A stretch of DNA of 64,000 nt from Minisyncoccia bacterium (GCA_038212075.1 JBBQUV010000003.1:20036-84035); one strand, 5' to 3'; shown: positions 9,062 to 20,670, counted from the first letter of the stretch. Notes: generated by a model not told the origin, from the sequence alone. Made by a program: numbers and translations.

Positions 9062-10426
9062 ATGACTATCGGTAGCCGCAGAGCCTCGGCGTTTTTGTTT
9101 ATGGGAGACATTGCCGTCTTCGCTTTTTCGCTGTGGCTCACCCTTTTCCTTAGGTATAGGCACCTACCATCACGGGATCTGCTCCTGTCTCACGCTGGCC
9201 CGTTCGCATTTCTGTTCATTGTATGGCTCCTCGTATTTTTTATGGGTGGGTTATATGAAAAACGGGCAATCTTTTTCAAACGTGACCTTTCCGGACGGAT
9301 TATTCGTACGCAAATTGTAAATATTATTCTTGCAGCGCTATTTTTCTTTTTCGTGCCCGCGCTTGGTATCACGCCAAAAACAAATCTTTTTATCTATCTC
9401 GTTGTGTCGCTTGTCCTAATTTTGTTTTGGCGCCTTGTAGTGTTTCCAAAATTTGCCGAGCGACGCACTCGTATTGAAGCCATCATTATTGGCGTGGGGA
9501 AGGAAGAGGAAGAACTCAAAAACGAACTCAACAGCAATATGCGTTATGCAATACGGTGTCGCGCGTCCGTTGACCCACGTGCGACAACGCCGCAATCGTT
9601 CAGCGCTTTTTTGGATGAACACAAAGGACAGGAGGTGAATCTACTTATTGTTGACACACGCGATTCTTCGGTCGCGGCGCTCATTCCAGAAATGTACCGA
9701 CGCTCGTTTGAAGAGAGCTCCTATCACATTGTTGATTTACTCGCCCTCTACGAAGAAGTGTTTGATCGTATTCCGCTCACACGCGTCAACTACGAATGGT
9801 TCTTTCGATACGCAACACGCCGTGCATCGGGGTTTTATCTTTTTGTAAAACGTATCATCGACATTGTTGGCGGGATCCTGATGGCCGTCATTACAGTCAT
9901 TGCGACTCCTTTTGTATGGCTCGCACTTCGTATTGAAGGCAAGGGCCCACTTTTTATTGCCCAAGAACGTCTTGGGGAACGGGTGACCACCATGCACGCA
10001 TACAAGTTTCGTACGATGGAACAAAATGACACCGGAACGTGGAGCGGGGAAGGCACCAATCGCATTACGCGTGTTGGCGCATTTTTGCGCCGCACCTCGC
10101 TCGATGAATTTCCGCAGTGTATCAACGTGCTTCGGGGGGAGCTTTCGCTTATAGGGCCACGCAACGACATTGTGGGTCTCGGAAAACGACTTGAAGAGGC
10201 ACTTCCGTACTACCGCGTTCGCTATATTGTGAAGCCGGGTATCACGGGCTGGGCGCAGGTAAATCAGCAATATGAACAAGGACATATTAGTCCGCAATCT
10301 ATCGAGGAAACAAAGATGCGTCTCGCGTATGATTTTTATTATTTGAAGCACCGTTCGTTTATGCTTGATGTAATGATTGCGCTTAAAACCATCAAGCGCA
10401 TGTTTTTCCGTCTTGGCGCCGTATAG
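9062..10426 (+). CDS. Polyprenyl-phosphate sugar phosphotransferase (WbaP/WcaJ-type initiating transferase)
   Basis: N-terminal TM helices plus the C-terminal Bac_transf domain (...LSLIGPRN...KPGITGWAQV...). Confidence 0.85.
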   Translation: MTIGSRRASAFLFMGDIAVFAFSLWLTLFLRYRHLPSRDLLLSHAGPFAFLFIVWLLVFFMGGLYEKRAIFFKRDLSGRIIRTQIVNIILAALFFFFVPALGITPKTNLFIYLVVSLVLILFWRLVVFPKFAERRTRIEAIIIGVGKEEEELKNELNSNMRYAIRCRASVDPRATTPQSFSAFLDEHKGQEVNLLIVDTRDSSVAALIPEMYRRSFEESSYHIVDLLALYEEVFDRIPLTRVNYEWFFRYATRRASGFYLFVKRIIDIVGGILMAVITVIATPFVWLALRIEGKGPLFIAQERLGERVTTMHAYKFRTMEQNDTGTWSGEGTNRITRVGAFLRRTSLDEFPQCINVLRGELSLIGPRNDIVGLGKRLEEALPYYRVRYIVKPGITGWAQVNQQYEQGHISPQSIEETKMRLAYDFYYLKHRSFMLDVMIALKTIKRMFFRLGAV

Positions 10427-10428
10427 CT

Positions 10429-11481
10429 ATGAATACACACACTTTACTTATTACAGGAGCGGCGGGATACGTTGGCGCAATGCTTGTGGATCAATATTCT
10501 AAGCGTAGCGACGTAGAAAAAATTATCGGGCTTGATAAAGATTCTGCGCCAGCGCTTATTAAAGACAATCCAAAGCTGGTGTATATACAGGCGAACACTT
10601 CTGACGTCGGGTGGGAAGAAAAGGTGAAGGCATACAATCCGGATATTGTTATCCATACGGCGTGGCAAATACGGTGTTTTTACGGCAACGCGCCGCTTGC
10701 GTGGAAGTGGAATGTGGACGGCACAAAACGAGTGTTTGCGTTTGCGTTCAATACCACGAGTGTGAAGCGGCTCATACATTTTTCAACCGCTTCTATTTAC
10801 GGCGCGTACAAAACAAACACGCTTGACCACTACTTCAAAGAATCGGAACCGATGCGCGAGAGCGAATATTTGTACGGCGTAGAAAAACGACAATCGGAAG
10901 ATGATGTGAACGCGCTTCGCACGACGAGGAAAGACGTGCAGGTATTTATGGTGCGTCCGGCGGCCATCACTGGCCCACGTGGGCGCGCCATGCATTACCG
11001 TTTTGGTTTACAGTCGGCGCTTTCAGGTACGCTGAAAGGCTCATTCGTTTACAGCATTGTGCGAGCGCTTGTTTCGTTTGTACCGTCCACGCCGGGATGG
11101 TGCCGTCAGTTTGTGCATGAAGACGACGTGGCGGATATCATCGGGAAACTCGCGTTTGATTCTATAGATTCTTCATATGAAGTATTCAATCTCACCCCAC
11201 CCGGACTTCCGGTACTTCCAAAAGATATGGCAAAAGCGGTGGGGAAACGCACGGTGAATATTCCGGTGCCGTTTATTCGTCTCGCATACTTTTTGTTTTG
11301 GCACCTTACCCGTGGAAAAATTCCAACTGCGCCCGGTAGTTGGCGATTCTACTCGTACCCTGTGGTAATGGACGGAACAAAAGTAACTACCATGCTTGGG
11401 CACGTATACAAAATGGAATCAAAAGATGCGTTTGTAAAAAACGAAGGAAGATATGCCGTTCCACCGACAAAGCGAAAATGA
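10429..11481 (+). CDS. NAD-dependent nucleotide-sugar epimerase/dehydratase (SDR family)
   Basis: N-terminal ITGAAGYVG Rossmann motif, 350 aa. Confidence 0.75.
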   Translation: MNTHTLLITGAAGYVGAMLVDQYSKRSDVEKIIGLDKDSAPALIKDNPKLVYIQANTSDVGWEEKVKAYNPDIVIHTAWQIRCFYGNAPLAWKWNVDGTKRVFAFAFNTTSVKRLIHFSTASIYGAYKTNTLDHYFKESEPMRESEYLYGVEKRQSEDDVNALRTTRKDVQVFMVRPAAITGPRGRAMHYRFGLQSALSGTLKGSFVYSIVRALVSFVPSTPGWCRQFVHEDDVADIIGKLAFDSIDSSYEVFNLTPPGLPVLPKDMAKAVGKRTVNIPVPFIRLAYFLFWHLTRGKIPTAPGSWRFYSYPVVMDGTKVTTMLGHVYKMESKDAFVKNEGRYAVPPTKRK

Positions 11482-11535
11482 ACACCGCTCCGGGCCGCTT
11501 GGCCAAGTCTTAGTATTCATTTTCGCCTTGTCGGC

Positions 11536-11541
11536 TACACT
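11536..11541 (+). promoter_or_regulatory. -10 hexamer TACACT, 7 nt before the folD ATG (leaderless configuration)
   Basis: tacact acacgt ATG. Confidence 0.35.
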
Positions 11542-11547
11542 ACACGT

Positions 11548-12351
11548 ATGATTATCGACGGAAAGAAAATTGCAGGAGAAATACTCGCCGCGACGCGGGT
11601 ACGCGTCGCGGCACTTGGCCGTGCTCCGGTTGTTCGCGCCATCACCGTTTCTCCAAACGCGGCAACAGAGTCGTATTTACGTATTAAATCTGCACGCGCA
11701 GAAGATGCAGGCATGCATCTTGAGGTTATTTCACTCCCACATTCAGCAACCACCGAAGACGTCATTCTTGCGCTTGGTGGTGATGCCACCATCGTTCAGC
11801 TCCCACTTCCTCCGTCTATCGACACCACTACCGTTCTCAACTCCATTCCGATTACACAAGACGCTGACGTGCTTTCCCGTGTTGCGCGTGCGCTGTTTGA
11901 ACAGGGTGATAGTGCAATTTTTCCGCCAGTGGTGGCCGCAGTGAAAGAAATTCTTATGCGTGCAAACGTATCTGCAAAAGACAAAAAAGCCGTCGTGATA
12001 GGAAAGGGATGGCTTGTCGGGGAACCGGTTGCCACGTGGCTTACGCAACAAGGAGCAAAGGTAACTACGTTCACGAAAGAATCTGTTGATTTGGCAGGCA
12101 CGTTGCTAGACGCAGATATCATTGTGTCTGGTGCGGGTGTCGGACACCTCATTCAGCCATCAATGATTAAGCAGGGCGTGGTGCTTATTGACGCTGGCAC
12201 GTCTGAATCGGGGGGTGCGCTCGTGGGCGACGCCGACCCTGACTGCGCAAATACCGCTTCCGTGTTTACTCCCGTTCCGGGTGGGGTAGGACCTATCGCG
12301 GTTGCCTGTCTTTTTGCGAACGTAGCAGAGCTTTTGACGAAGGGAAAGTAA
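11548..12351 (+). CDS. folD: Bifunctional methylenetetrahydrofolate dehydrogenase/cyclohydrolase
   Basis: MIIDGKKIA start, FolD-family conservation throughout, 267 aa. Confidence 0.85.
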   Translation: MIIDGKKIAGEILAATRVRVAALGRAPVVRAITVSPNAATESYLRIKSARAEDAGMHLEVISLPHSATTEDVILALGGDATIVQLPLPPSIDTTTVLNSIPITQDADVLSRVARALFEQGDSAIFPPVVAAVKEILMRANVSAKDKKAVVIGKGWLVGEPVATWLTQQGAKVTTFTKESVDLAGTLLDADIIVSGAGVGHLIQPSMIKQGVVLIDAGTSESGGALVGDADPDCANTASVFTPVPGGVGPIAVACLFANVAELLTKGK

Positions 12352-12371
12352 CGGGTATACTTTGACCCATC

Positions 12372-13700
12372 ATGTTGTGGTACCGCATCTCAGCCTTTGG
12401 CGCCCTTGTCCTTGGGGCGCTTCTCCTTTGGTTCGCTGTTGCGACCAATAACCCTGCGTCTCACTACGCAGTGAAACTTGGACTTGATCTTGCAGGCGGC
12501 ACGGAACTTATCTACAAAGCCGACACTGCCGGTATTGCCACCGATAAACAGGGTGCCCTTGAATCGCTTCGTGACGTCATTGATCGCCGTGTGAATCTTT
12601 TTGGTGTTGCTGAACCGCTTGTGCAACTTGAGCACTCAAGTGTTGTTGCGGGACAGCAAGAAGATCGTTTGCTTGTTGAACTTCCCGGAGTTACCGATGT
12701 GAAAGCCGCCGTGGATGCCATTGGAAAAACTCCGGTGCTTGAATTTAAACTCCAGTCGGATAAGGCGGCAGGAACCATTGATGCAAACGGCACCGCAAAT
12801 ATTGAACAGACCTACGTATCCACCGGCCTCACCGGTCAATATTTGAAGAGTGCAGAGCTTCAGTTTGGTCAGGGCTCGCAAAGCGCACTCGCGTCACCAA
12901 CGGTGGTACTTCACTTTACCGACGACGGTGCAAAATTGTTTGAAAAACTCACTGGCGACAATGTGGGGAAGGTGCTCGCTATTTTCCTTGATGGTCAGCC
13001 AATTTCTACACCAGTTATTCAGGAAGCAATTCCAAGTGGCAACGCCACTATTACTGGCCGATTCACTCCGGAAGAAGCGCGTAACTTGGTGCAGAATCTT
13101 AACTTTGGTGCGCTCCCTGTTCCTATTACGCTTGAATCAAGTAACACGGTTGGTGCCACTCTTGGCGGAACAGCGTTCCATGCAGGTCTTATCGCCGCCG
13201 GTGTTGGATTTCTGCTTGTCGCAATGTTTATGATTCTTTGGTATCGCCTTGCGGGACTTATTGCTTCAGTAGCGCTCGTCATTTATCTCCTTATTAACAT
13301 CGCGGCAATTAAGTTTATTCCGATTACCCTCACGGCGTCTGGTATCGCTGGCTTCATTCTTTCCATCGGTATGGCAGTTGATGCAAACGTGCTTATCTTT
13401 GAACGCATTAAAGAAGAACTTCGTGCTGGAAAGAAAACCCGCGAAGCGGTACACATCGGCTTTAGCCGTGCATGGCCTGCTATCCGTGACGGACACCTTA
13501 CGATGCTTATTTCTGCAGTTATCTTGTTCTGGCTCGGCACATCTTTGGTGCAGGGGTTTGCGCTTGTGTTTGCGCTCGGCGTGATTGCCTCGTTGTTCTC
13601 TGCTGTATCCGTTTCTCGCGTCCTTCTGCTTGCCATTCTTCCTGAAGACGGGCAGGGGCTGTGGAGGAAACTTATGAGCTCCGGATTCCATTTCAAATAA
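12372..13700 (+). CDS. secD: Protein translocase subunit SecD
   Basis: Periplasmic domain plus C-terminal 6-TM SecD/SecF domain. Immediately followed by secF. Confidence 0.9.
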   Translation: MLWYRISAFGALVLGALLLWFAVATNNPASHYAVKLGLDLAGGTELIYKADTAGIATDKQGALESLRDVIDRRVNLFGVAEPLVQLEHSSVVAGQQEDRLLVELPGVTDVKAAVDAIGKTPVLEFKLQSDKAAGTIDANGTANIEQTYVSTGLTGQYLKSAELQFGQGSQSALASPTVVLHFTDDGAKLFEKLTGDNVGKVLAIFLDGQPISTPVIQEAIPSGNATITGRFTPEEARNLVQNLNFGALPVPITLESSNTVGATLGGTAFHAGLIAAGVGFLLVAMFMILWYRLAGLIASVALVIYLLINIAAIKFIPITLTASGIAGFILSIGMAVDANVLIFERIKEELRAGKKTREAVHIGFSRAWPAIRDGHLTMLISAVILFWLGTSLVQGFALVFALGVIASLFSAVSVSRVLLLAILPEDGQGLWRKLMSSGFHFK

Positions 13701-13701
13701 T

Positions 13702-14640
13702 ATGTACATTGTCTCTCATCGCAGTATCTTTTTCTGGATTACGGGCGGCATTCTTGCTGTCGCTGTTGCCGCTATACTCTTTTTCGGTCTCCCTCTTTCC
13801 ATTGATTTCACCGGCGGTTCTTTGGTGGAAGTAAATTACACGAGCGCCCGTCCTGATCTTGCGACACTTAAACAGTCGATGTCGGTACTTCCGCTTGGCG
13901 AAACATCACTTCGTGAGAGTGGCGCAAACGGTGTTGTGCTTCGCGCCCGCACCCTTTCTCCGGACGAGCACGCGGCTATATTGAAAATTCTTTCTCAAAA
14001 CAATACTGCTCAGTTTACCGAAAACCGCTTCACTTCTATCGGTCCTTCACTTGGTTCTGAACTCGGCAAAAAAGCACTTTGGGCAATTGTGGCAGTGATT
14101 CTCGCCATCGTGCTTTATATCGCATGGGCATTTCGTAAGGTGTCAAAACCAGTGTCTTCGTGGATTTACGGCGGTACGGTCATTGTCATTTTGGTGCACG
14201 ACCTGCTTATTCCAACCGGATTCTACGCCATTATGTGCAAACTTATGGGCGTACAAGTTGACGCACTTTTTGTGGTTGCGCTTCTCGCAATTCTTGGGTA
14301 TTCCGTGAACGACACGATTGTTATTTTTGATCGCGTTCGTGAACACTTGGCGAGAAACGAAAAGACCAACGTGCGTGAACCGTTTGATGAAGTTGTCGGT
14401 AAGGCAATTGTGGAAACGCTTGGTCGTTCCATCAACACGTCGCTCACGGTGGTGCTCGCGCTTATCGCGCTCGCATTTCTTGGTAGCGCGGTTACATTCA
14501 ACTTCGCGCTCGTGCTTCTTGTCGGTGTAGTCGCAGGAACCTATTCGTCTATTCTTCTTGCGGCACCGCTCCTTATTCCACTTGCAAAACGATTTGCCAA
14601 AGATGCTGTTGTTACGGGGCACAAAAAATCTAATCGATGA
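13702..14640 (+). CDS. secF: Protein translocase subunit SecF
   Basis: ...IDFTGGS... motif and SecF TM architecture. Confidence 0.9.
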   Translation: MYIVSHRSIFFWITGGILAVAVAAILFFGLPLSIDFTGGSLVEVNYTSARPDLATLKQSMSVLPLGETSLRESGANGVVLRARTLSPDEHAAILKILSQNNTAQFTENRFTSIGPSLGSELGKKALWAIVAVILAIVLYIAWAFRKVSKPVSSWIYGGTVIVILVHDLLIPTGFYAIMCKLMGVQVDALFVVALLAILGYSVNDTIVIFDRVREHLARNEKTNVREPFDEVVGKAIVETLGRSINTSLTVVLALIALAFLGSAVTFNFALVLLVGVVAGTYSSILLAAPLLIPLAKRFAKDAVVTGHKKSNR

Positions 14641-15185
14641 TCATCGGCGTCACCGGCACGAATGGTGCGGGGAAGGGCACGGTAGTGGAGTATTTGGTTC
14701 AGCAAGGGTTCCATCACTACTCAGTTCGTGCAACGATTATTGAAGAGATTGAACGGCGTAGGCTATCTATAAACCGCTCATCAATGCGTGATGTAGCGAA
14801 TGATTTACGTCAAAAAAACACCCCGCAATATTTCGACGAAATTTTTCTTGCCGACGCCAAGAAAAATAAATACGACAACATTGTTATAGAATCTGTGCGG
14901 AACATATCATCGGCACGGTGGTTAAAAGAACATGGGGCAATTCTCTTTGCGGTAGACGCCGATAGAAAACTGCGCTACGAACGCGTCGTACTGCGAGCAT
15001 CGCATACTGACAATATAGATTTTGATACGTGGGTTATGGAAGAAGAGCGTGAATGGCACAACGAAGCGGCGCACGATATGAACGTACCAGGGGTAATGAA
15101 AATGGCAGATTACACACTTCACAACGACGGAACGCTTGAAGACCTGCATACGCAGATAAACAAAGTACTTGCTACTATAGGCTGA
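14637..15185 (+). CDS. P-loop nucleotide/nucleoside kinase (dephospho-CoA-kinase-like AAA-family small kinase)
   Basis: Walker A GVTGTNGAGKGT at the N-terminus, 182 aa. Exact substrate not assignable. Confidence 0.5.
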   Translation: MIIGVTGTNGAGKGTVVEYLVQQGFHHYSVRATIIEEIERRRLSINRSSMRDVANDLRQKNTPQYFDEIFLADAKKNKYDNIVIESVRNISSARWLKEHGAILFAVDADRKLRYERVVLRASHTDNIDFDTWVMEEEREWHNEAAHDMNVPGVMKMADYTLHNDGTLEDLHTQINKVLATIG

Positions 15186-15186
15186 T

Positions 15187-15651
15187 ATGCCGCACATTCA
15201 CGAAAAGATAGATTTCACCGCGAGCCTCTATATTGTGAACGACGGTGCGGTGTTTTTGCATCTCCATAAAAAAACAGGAAAGTGGCTTCCGGTAGGTGGA
15301 CACATAGAGCTTGATGAAGACCCAAATCAAGCCGCACTGCGCGAAGCAAGAGAAGAGTCAGGACTTGATGTGGAACTTATCGGCGAAAGGTTGAATCTAA
15401 AAGAAGATGATGGACATCGAGAATTACTTGCGCCACGTTTTCTAAATCGGCATCGTTTTCTTCCGAACGGGGAGCATGAACACATCGACAGTATTTATTT
15501 TGGTCGTTCAAAAGATAGAAACGTAAACCCTGAAGAACCGATTGAGTATCGTTGGTTTACGAAAGAGGATTTAGATAATCCTGAAAACAAACTCCTTCCA
15601 ACCATTCAATTTTATGCAAAATCTGCACTCGAAGCGGCACAAAAAGAATGA
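15187..15651 (+). CDS. NUDIX hydrolase
   Basis: Nudix box GGHIELDEDPNQAALREAREESGL. Confidence 0.85.
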   Translation: MPHIHEKIDFTASLYIVNDGAVFLHLHKKTGKWLPVGGHIELDEDPNQAALREAREESGLDVELIGERLNLKEDDGHRELLAPRFLNRHRFLPNGEHEHIDSIYFGRSKDRNVNPEEPIEYRWFTKEDLDNPENKLLPTIQFYAKSALEAAQKE

Positions 15652-16421
15652 AATACGCTCCGACAGTCATGCCTATTCTTCGAGCGCAACGTGGTTTTTT
15701 AATGGAACATTGGGGAAATGCGGAAATTATTGGTGAAAAAGACGGAAATGTAATACAAATAGTGACCGCCATTGATATAGAGATGGAACGCCGTGTTGCT
15801 GAAGAATTGAAAAAATCTTACCCGGACGTGACGTTTGTTGGTGAAGAGGGTGGTGGAGAGCGCCACGGCATGTTCTGGCTTATGGATCCCATTGATGGAA
15901 CGCAACACTATGTGCGCGGACTACCGTTTTGCACCTCTATGCTTGCTCTCATTGATAAGGGAGAAGTGGTTTTTTCTGCCATCTACGATTTTATTAATGA
16001 CCGTATGTATTACGCAGAGCGGGGAGAAGGAGCATTTTGTAATGACAAAAAATTGTCTGTAAGCAACCGGGCTCTCCGCGATGCTTACATTAGTTGGGAA
16101 ACTCACCTCGATAGACCGGAAAATCGTGCCGTACTTGATCGAATTTGGGAAATGACGAATGTAGTAAAGACACTGTGTGCTGGTTGGGAGTTCATTATGG
16201 TTGCTGAAGGGAAAATGGACGCCCGACTTGGGTTTGATCCGCATGGAAAGGATTATGATTTCGCACCAGGCTCGCTTATTGTCCGAGAGGCAGGCGGGGT
16301 CGTTACAAATGTTGGCTCAACAAGCTACGATTATCGCGACGTGAATCATATTGTAGCGAACCCTGCGATTTACAAAGAACTAACCGAAGGAGAAAACGCA
16401 CTATTTCCGATCAGGAAATAA
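15648..16421 (+). CDS. Inositol monophosphatase family protein
   Basis: WLMDPIDGT metal-binding motif, 257 aa. Confidence 0.8.
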   Translation: MKYAPTVMPILRAQRGFLMEHWGNAEIIGEKDGNVIQIVTAIDIEMERRVAEELKKSYPDVTFVGEEGGGERHGMFWLMDPIDGTQHYVRGLPFCTSMLALIDKGEVVFSAIYDFINDRMYYAERGEGAFCNDKKLSVSNRALRDAYISWETHLDRPENRAVLDRIWEMTNVVKTLCAGWEFIMVAEGKMDARLGFDPHGKDYDFAPGSLIVREAGGVVTNVGSTSYDYRDVNHIVANPAIYKELTEGENALFPIRK

Positions 16422-17106
16422 TTGTTCCTGTAAATGGCTTGCCATCTAAATAATTTGAGAATTCCTTGAGTTTTGCGCCATTAATCACCGCGACTTCAAG
16501 ACCAAGAATTTCCGCTTCTTTTGCGGCGATAGGGTCAAAGGGAGAAGAGAGCCCCGGATTCCATTCGGAAGGAATAAGTTTTCTAAAATCTGCCCACGAT
16601 GTTTTTTCTATTTTTGTAGCATCAGGGTTCGTACGCGGGTCGGCGGTGTAAACGTAATCAATGTTTGAAAGATTGATGAGTTTTTTTGCACCAACTGCTT
16701 TTGCCGCTTCCACCGCCGCCCAATCACTTGAATTGCCGGGACGCACACCACCAGCCAAAAGAATGGAAGCGTTTGAATCAGTACGAAGGGAAGTGTTGTG
16801 GATAACTTCCGGAATATCTGCGTCCGCAAAGGTGGCGCGCAAAAGTTCTGCGTTCAGTCGTGTTGCGGCGATACCAATCCAATCCAAATCGTCCGTTGTT
16901 GTTTTCGCGTTTATTTCTACCGCCGCATCGCGCCAATTGCGCGCCAATTTACCCCCGCCCGTGATGATATAAAAAGAAAAACCTTCTGCTACCTTTTCTA
17001 AAATGAGTGCACGAAAATGCTTCAAAAAAGTGGTGTCAATTTGATCGGGAACGATCAAAGACCCTCCAACAGACACAATTATTCGCTCACGGTTTGATTC
17101 GCTCAT
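16411..17106 (-). CDS. pyrH: Amino-acid-kinase-family protein, most like UMP kinase
   Basis: VGGS...ITGGG, ...ILLAGG..P..SSD.AA...A....A..L...NIDYVYTADP... matches the PyrH layout. Confidence 0.65.
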   Translation of the reverse strand: MSESNRERIIVSVGGSLIVPDQIDTTFLKHFRALILEKVAEGFSFYIITGGGKLARNWRDAAVEINAKTTTDDLDWIGIAATRLNAELLRATFADADIPEVIHNTSLRTDSNASILLAGGVRPGNSSDWAAVEAAKAVGAKKLINLSNIDYVYTADPRTNPDATKIEKTSWADFRKLIPSEWNPGLSSPFDPIAAKEAEILGLEVAVINGAKLKEFSNYLDGKPFTGTIIS

Positions 17107-17180
17107 GAGGCAAAGGCTTGACGGCTCCCTCTATCATACGCCACTCCGGCGCGCCCGCAATAATGACTTATTAAAAAGGT

Positions 17181-18002
17181 GTGATGTACAAAAACGTGGC
17201 CAGTGCTATTGTCACGGATATGAAAACCCATACCGCTCGCGGACTCGCCACATCCCTTATCATACTCATCGTCGCTGTTGTTGTGGCCGCCATCGTTGGT
17301 GGAGCATATCTTACACAGCAAACCTCAACGGTGTCAGTGCAGGAAGCGGCGACAACGACCCCAGTTGTTGTTACGACAAAAACCACGACTACTACCAAGC
17401 CGGCTGCTCCAGTCGCGGTATCGGGCATGAGCAAATATACCGATACTGATTTAGGTGTTTTGTTTTATGCGCCAGCTAATCTTATGTTGCAAGCAGATAC
17501 GCGACAGGCTGGATGTCTTAATCTCATCAATCCAAGTGACAAGGGTGCTGGATATCCCTCGAATCCTGGCACGTGGATAACAATCTGCAAAAAAACAGCA
17601 TCCACATATACAGAAACAGGGTATTGGGGTAACAAAATTTATTATGCATATGATACAGGACTGAATCGTTGGATGTACGCTGAAATAGGTCCCGGAGCTG
17701 ATGATCTAGGTGGCGAGAGCGTCGCGACAACGACAGCAAACATAACCGCAACCACGCTTACCGGAGAACCAATATTTGTTGGCACTGGCGCACATTCATT
17801 TAGTGACCGTATTGTTCCACTTGATTCCAAAACATTTCTAACAGTGAATGAGGGCATTTGGGGCGAGGATTTCGCGCCAGATTCGTTCTTAGATAGATTT
17901 GTGCAAACCTTCGCTCGAGTGAATGGAGTGGTGGATACAGCAAAACTCCAGCAAGCGCTCAAAAACGAACAGACTGCCTACTCTGCCCTCGGGGTCAATT
18001 AA
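17181..18002 (+). CDS. Hypothetical secreted/membrane-anchored protein with Thr-rich mucin-like linker
   Basis: N-terminal TM, TTTPVVVTTKTTTTTKPAAP low-complexity linker. Confidence 0.5.
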   Translation: MMYKNVASAIVTDMKTHTARGLATSLIILIVAVVVAAIVGGAYLTQQTSTVSVQEAATTTPVVVTTKTTTTTKPAAPVAVSGMSKYTDTDLGVLFYAPANLMLQADTRQAGCLNLINPSDKGAGYPSNPGTWITICKKTASTYTETGYWGNKIYYAYDTGLNRWMYAEIGPGADDLGGESVATTTANITATTLTGEPIFVGTGAHSFSDRIVPLDSKTFLTVNEGIWGEDFAPDSFLDRFVQTFARVNGVVDTAKLQQALKNEQTAYSALGVN

Positions 18003-18008
18003 GACCTG

Positions 18009-18035
18009 CTTGACGCCCCTTTTAGGCTCCTATAC
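18009..18035 (+). promoter_or_regulatory. Candidate 16S promoter: TTGACG -35, 15-nt spacer, TATACT -10
   Basis: ttgacg ccccttttaggctcc tatact. The spacer is shorter than optimal. Confidence 0.35.
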
Positions 18036-18183
18036 TATGGGGGAACTGCGTCCTATTGATAGGAAAGCAGGGGAGAGAGTCAAGATGAAATGAGCTCGGG
18101 AGAGCTCATTGGAGATTCTTGCGCCGTTATTTGAAAACTAAATAGTGCAATCACAAACGTGTACAAATAGTAGATGTGTTTTG

Positions 18184-18200
18184 TTTTGTTCCGCCTATTC
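18184..18200 (+). promoter_or_regulatory. 5' strand of the 17-bp pre-16S processing stem
   Basis: ttttgttccgcctattc is the perfect complement of 19807-19823. Confidence 0.6.
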
Positions 18201-18206
18201 TTAATT

Positions 18207-19651
<1,445 letters not shown>

Positions 19652-19806
19652 TATCCGAATGGAATCGGTTCTCCCGAAAGGAGGACCAAGTCGAACGTGT
19701 CGCAAGACACGAGGGAGATAGCACTACGTCCCCAAACGTGTGCTCGGTAGCCCCATACGTCAGGGGCGCTGGAGTCGGAGCGCTCAATTGACGCTCTGAA
19801 TACGGC
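19652..19806 (+). other. 155-nt 3' trailer/extension of the 16S transcript enclosed by the processing stem
   Basis: Lies between GGATCA and the 3' stem strand. Contains AGGAGG but no CCTCC. Confidence 0.5.
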
Positions 19807-19823
19807 GAATAGGCGGAACAAAA
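19807..19823 (+). promoter_or_regulatory. 3' strand of the 17-bp pre-16S processing stem
   Basis: gaataggcggaacaaaa complements 18184-18200. Confidence 0.6.
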
Positions 19824-19855
19824 GAGAATTCATCTACACGCGTTTTGATACAAAG

Positions 19856-19885
19856 AAAAACACCCGAGAAATTGGGTGTTTTTCG
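19856..19885 (+). terminator. Rho-independent terminator after the 16S unit (acaccc-gagaaatt-gggtgt + TTTTT)
   Basis: Stem-loop plus T tract. Confidence 0.7.
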
Positions 19886-19888
19886 TAC

Positions 19889-19917
19889 TTGACTATTTTA
19901 TACTTACGTAGTATTAT
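19889..19917 (+). promoter_or_regulatory. Sigma70-like promoter: TTGACT -35, 17-nt spacer, TATTAT -10
   Basis: ttgact attttatacttacgtag tattat. Confidence 0.5.
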
Positions 19918-20005
19918 TAATTTTGCAGATTGGGTAATGTATCCAAGAAGTGAAAGGAGTTGTTCTGCACTCTGAGCTTGATTAAACCCAAGCAAGGAGA
20001 CTCTC

Positions 20006-20350
20006 GTGATCTTGAATTGTGCAATCTGTGAGAAAAACTTCAACGCACTTTACGAAACATCCCCGCTGAAGTCAGCGCTTTGGGATACGGATGAACCGGT
20101 CTGCTATGCGTGCGCGCTTGATTCGCTCACGCGTGGCCTTGCTCCGGAAGAGGGCGACTTCAACACCGCCCACATCGTTTCCGGAGAAATGTCGGAAAAG
20201 GAATGGAAGTGGCTCCAAGAAGACCTGAAGGCGGCTGAAGAAGGTCGCTCCATCAGGGAATATGAAGAGCCAGAGTATCTCGACTTCTGCAAGCAATGCG
20301 GCGAAGAGAAATCTAGCTGCTATTGCAACGAAGAAGAAACGGACGAGTAA
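20006..20350 (+). CDS. Small acidic Cys-rich protein (two CxxC pairs, putative zinc ribbon), GTG start with AAGGAG SD
   Basis: MILNCAICEK...PVCYACALDS...DFCKQCGEEKSSCYC. One of the very few genes here with a clear SD. Confidence 0.5.
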   Translation: MILNCAICEKNFNALYETSPLKSALWDTDEPVCYACALDSLTRGLAPEEGDFNTAHIVSGEMSEKEWKWLQEDLKAAEEGRSIREYEEPEYLDFCKQCGEEKSSCYCNEEETDE

Positions 20351-20361
20351 CATCGTCCATG

Positions 20362-20395
20362 CCCCGTCAATTGCGCAAGCGATTGACGGGGTTTT
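20362..20395 (+). terminator. Rho-independent terminator (ccccgtcaat...attgacgggg + TTTT)
   Basis: 10-bp perfect stem followed by a T tract. Confidence 0.75.
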
Positions 20396-20617
20396 ACTAT
20401 GTCGCCGCGACTTGCTCAAGAGCAAGTCGCTTCACGGCGCGTCGCCAGATGCGCAATTTGTTTTTATGACGTCGATATTTTTCCTCAGGAGTGGAAACCC
20501 TCAATACTGCGGAGGATTTTGGTTCACGTGGCCGAGAGCCGCGGTAGACCATTTGTATCTGTAGTATAGCAAGAGAAAGTGGAAATGAAGACGGGTTTCT
20601 GTTAGTATCGTCCTATT

Positions 20618-20639
20618 GCGTGCGTAGCTCAGTTGGCCT
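20618..20639 (+). pseudogene. 5' fragment of a tRNA-like gene (acceptor 5' strand GCGTGCG, TA, D-stem GCTC, D-loop start)
   Basis: Pairs perfectly (7/7) with the CGCACGC acceptor 3' strand at 20805-20811. Confidence 0.45.
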
Positions 20640-20651
20640 GAAGCTACTGCC

Positions 20652-20670
20652 GTGTGTTGTGTGTTGTGTG
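20652..20670 (+). repeat. Short (GTGTT/GTG)n simple repeat spacer
   Basis: gtgtgttgtgtgttgtgtg. Confidence 0.6.
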
